A stretch of 64,000 nt of DNA, from positions 38,958-102,957 of the IMG/VR virus record IMGVR_UViG_3300033485_000003. One strand, given 5' to 3'. Within the stretch, counting starts at the first letter, position 1. Each line of letters starts with the position of its first letter. The position numbers and the translations under genes were made by a program. Shown here in pieces: positions 63,438 through 64,000 of this stretch. Source of the DNA: a virus. Below the pieces are notes generated by a model. It was given only the letters and a program-made list of their open reading frames with translations, had not been told where the DNA came from and did no database searches.

Positions 63438-63508
63438 GGAGGTACTTCTACACCACCTCGACATCAAGCGTCAAGAGCCAATCTTCTAGTTGAACTCTTG
63501 GAGGCCTC

Positions 63509-63829
63509 ATGCCCGCTACCTTCGCTAAACCAGCCTCAGCCCTCTTGACCGCCGACGGCGGAACTGACGGTTTCGTCTCTGTGGCTGATGCCACCCCATT
63601 TTGGACCGGCGCTAAGGTGTGGCTCAAGTCTGCTACCGAAGATAGCAAACAGTACACCATCACCGAGATTAACGGAAGTTGGATTGGGCTGCAAATCGTT
63701 CGCGGTCCGTACGGCGGGGCCGTGTACACCCGTACAGACGTGTCGGAATATCATCTGGCCGATGGTGCCAAGATTTTTTCGGAAGGGCAAATCGTCCCAG
63801 CGGAATTGACCAATCTAAGGAAGCTGTAA
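63509..63829 (+). CDS. Putative virion protein
   Basis: AATCTT motif and GGAGG RBS. Confidence 0.6.
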   Translation: MPATFAKPASALLTADGGTDGFVSVADATPFWTGAKVWLKSATEDSKQYTITEINGSWIGLQIVRGPYGGAVYTRTDVSEYHLADGAKIFSEGQIVPAELTNLRKL

Positions 63830-63830
63830 T

Positions 63831-64000
63831 ATGTTACGGCGCAGCACGCCGATCGCCTCAGCCGTCCCCTTCACCCCCGCCGACACTATCGCGTCGACTA
63901 ATGTGCAGGATGCCATTATTGAGGCTCTGGTTGATGCACGAACCTACTCAGATGCGGTTGCGGCGGGACTCGATCCCAAAACCGCCGTTGATGCAGCTAC
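63831..64000 (+). CDS. Tail-fibre-like protein, truncated by the window edge
   Basis: Manual translation MLRRSTPIASAVPFTPADTIASTNVQDAIIEAL...AGLDPKTAVDAA; the TNVQDAI.E motif is typical of fibre proteins. Confidence 0.55.
   Translation, partial: MLRRSTPIASAVPFTPADTIASTNVQDAIIEALVDARTYSDAVAAGLDPKTAVDAA

Noticed and set aside
1-64000. Alternative genetic code (stop-codon recoding)
   Set aside because: Conserved genes are full length under the standard code, and all three stop codons are used.

Overview
A 64-kb segment of a large dsDNA tailed phage genome, probably a myovirus; the host cannot be identified from the sequence. The left arm (1-24754, minus strand) carries replication, recombination and nucleotide genes: DnaE-type polymerase, T5 A1-like phosphoesterase, dUTPase, class II RNR with an intein, RuvC, SbcCD, GroEL plus a GroES-like gene, a sigma-70-family factor lacking region 4.2 and an SF2 helicase. 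It also holds an IS200/IS605 element with an intact tnpB and a broken tnpA. Strands switch at about 25 kb, at an iteron array and a long RNA hairpin that look like an origin. The right arm (plus strand) is the morphogenesis module: TerL, intein-containing portal, prohead protease, scaffold, SPO1/Twort-like major capsid protein, and neck and tail genes, interleaved with ThyX, a MoxR/vWA pair, endonucleases and tRNA-Ala. The best candidate for an undescribed system is a set of head-module polyproteins punctuated by K-[S/A] maturation-like motifs. These motifs bracket enzymatic cargo: two PI3/4-kinase- or HipA-like kinases (one fused to the prohead protease), a variant GGDEF cyclase, an ART-like domain and a HExxH peptidase. 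Other highlights are an AATCT(T/A)-N6-ATG candidate late promoter, a possibly split sigma factor, eight HEAT/LRV proteins sharing a C-terminal tag, and several structured RNA candidates including a tRNA-like RNA with no anticodon arm. All annotations come from reading motifs by eye; no searches were run.
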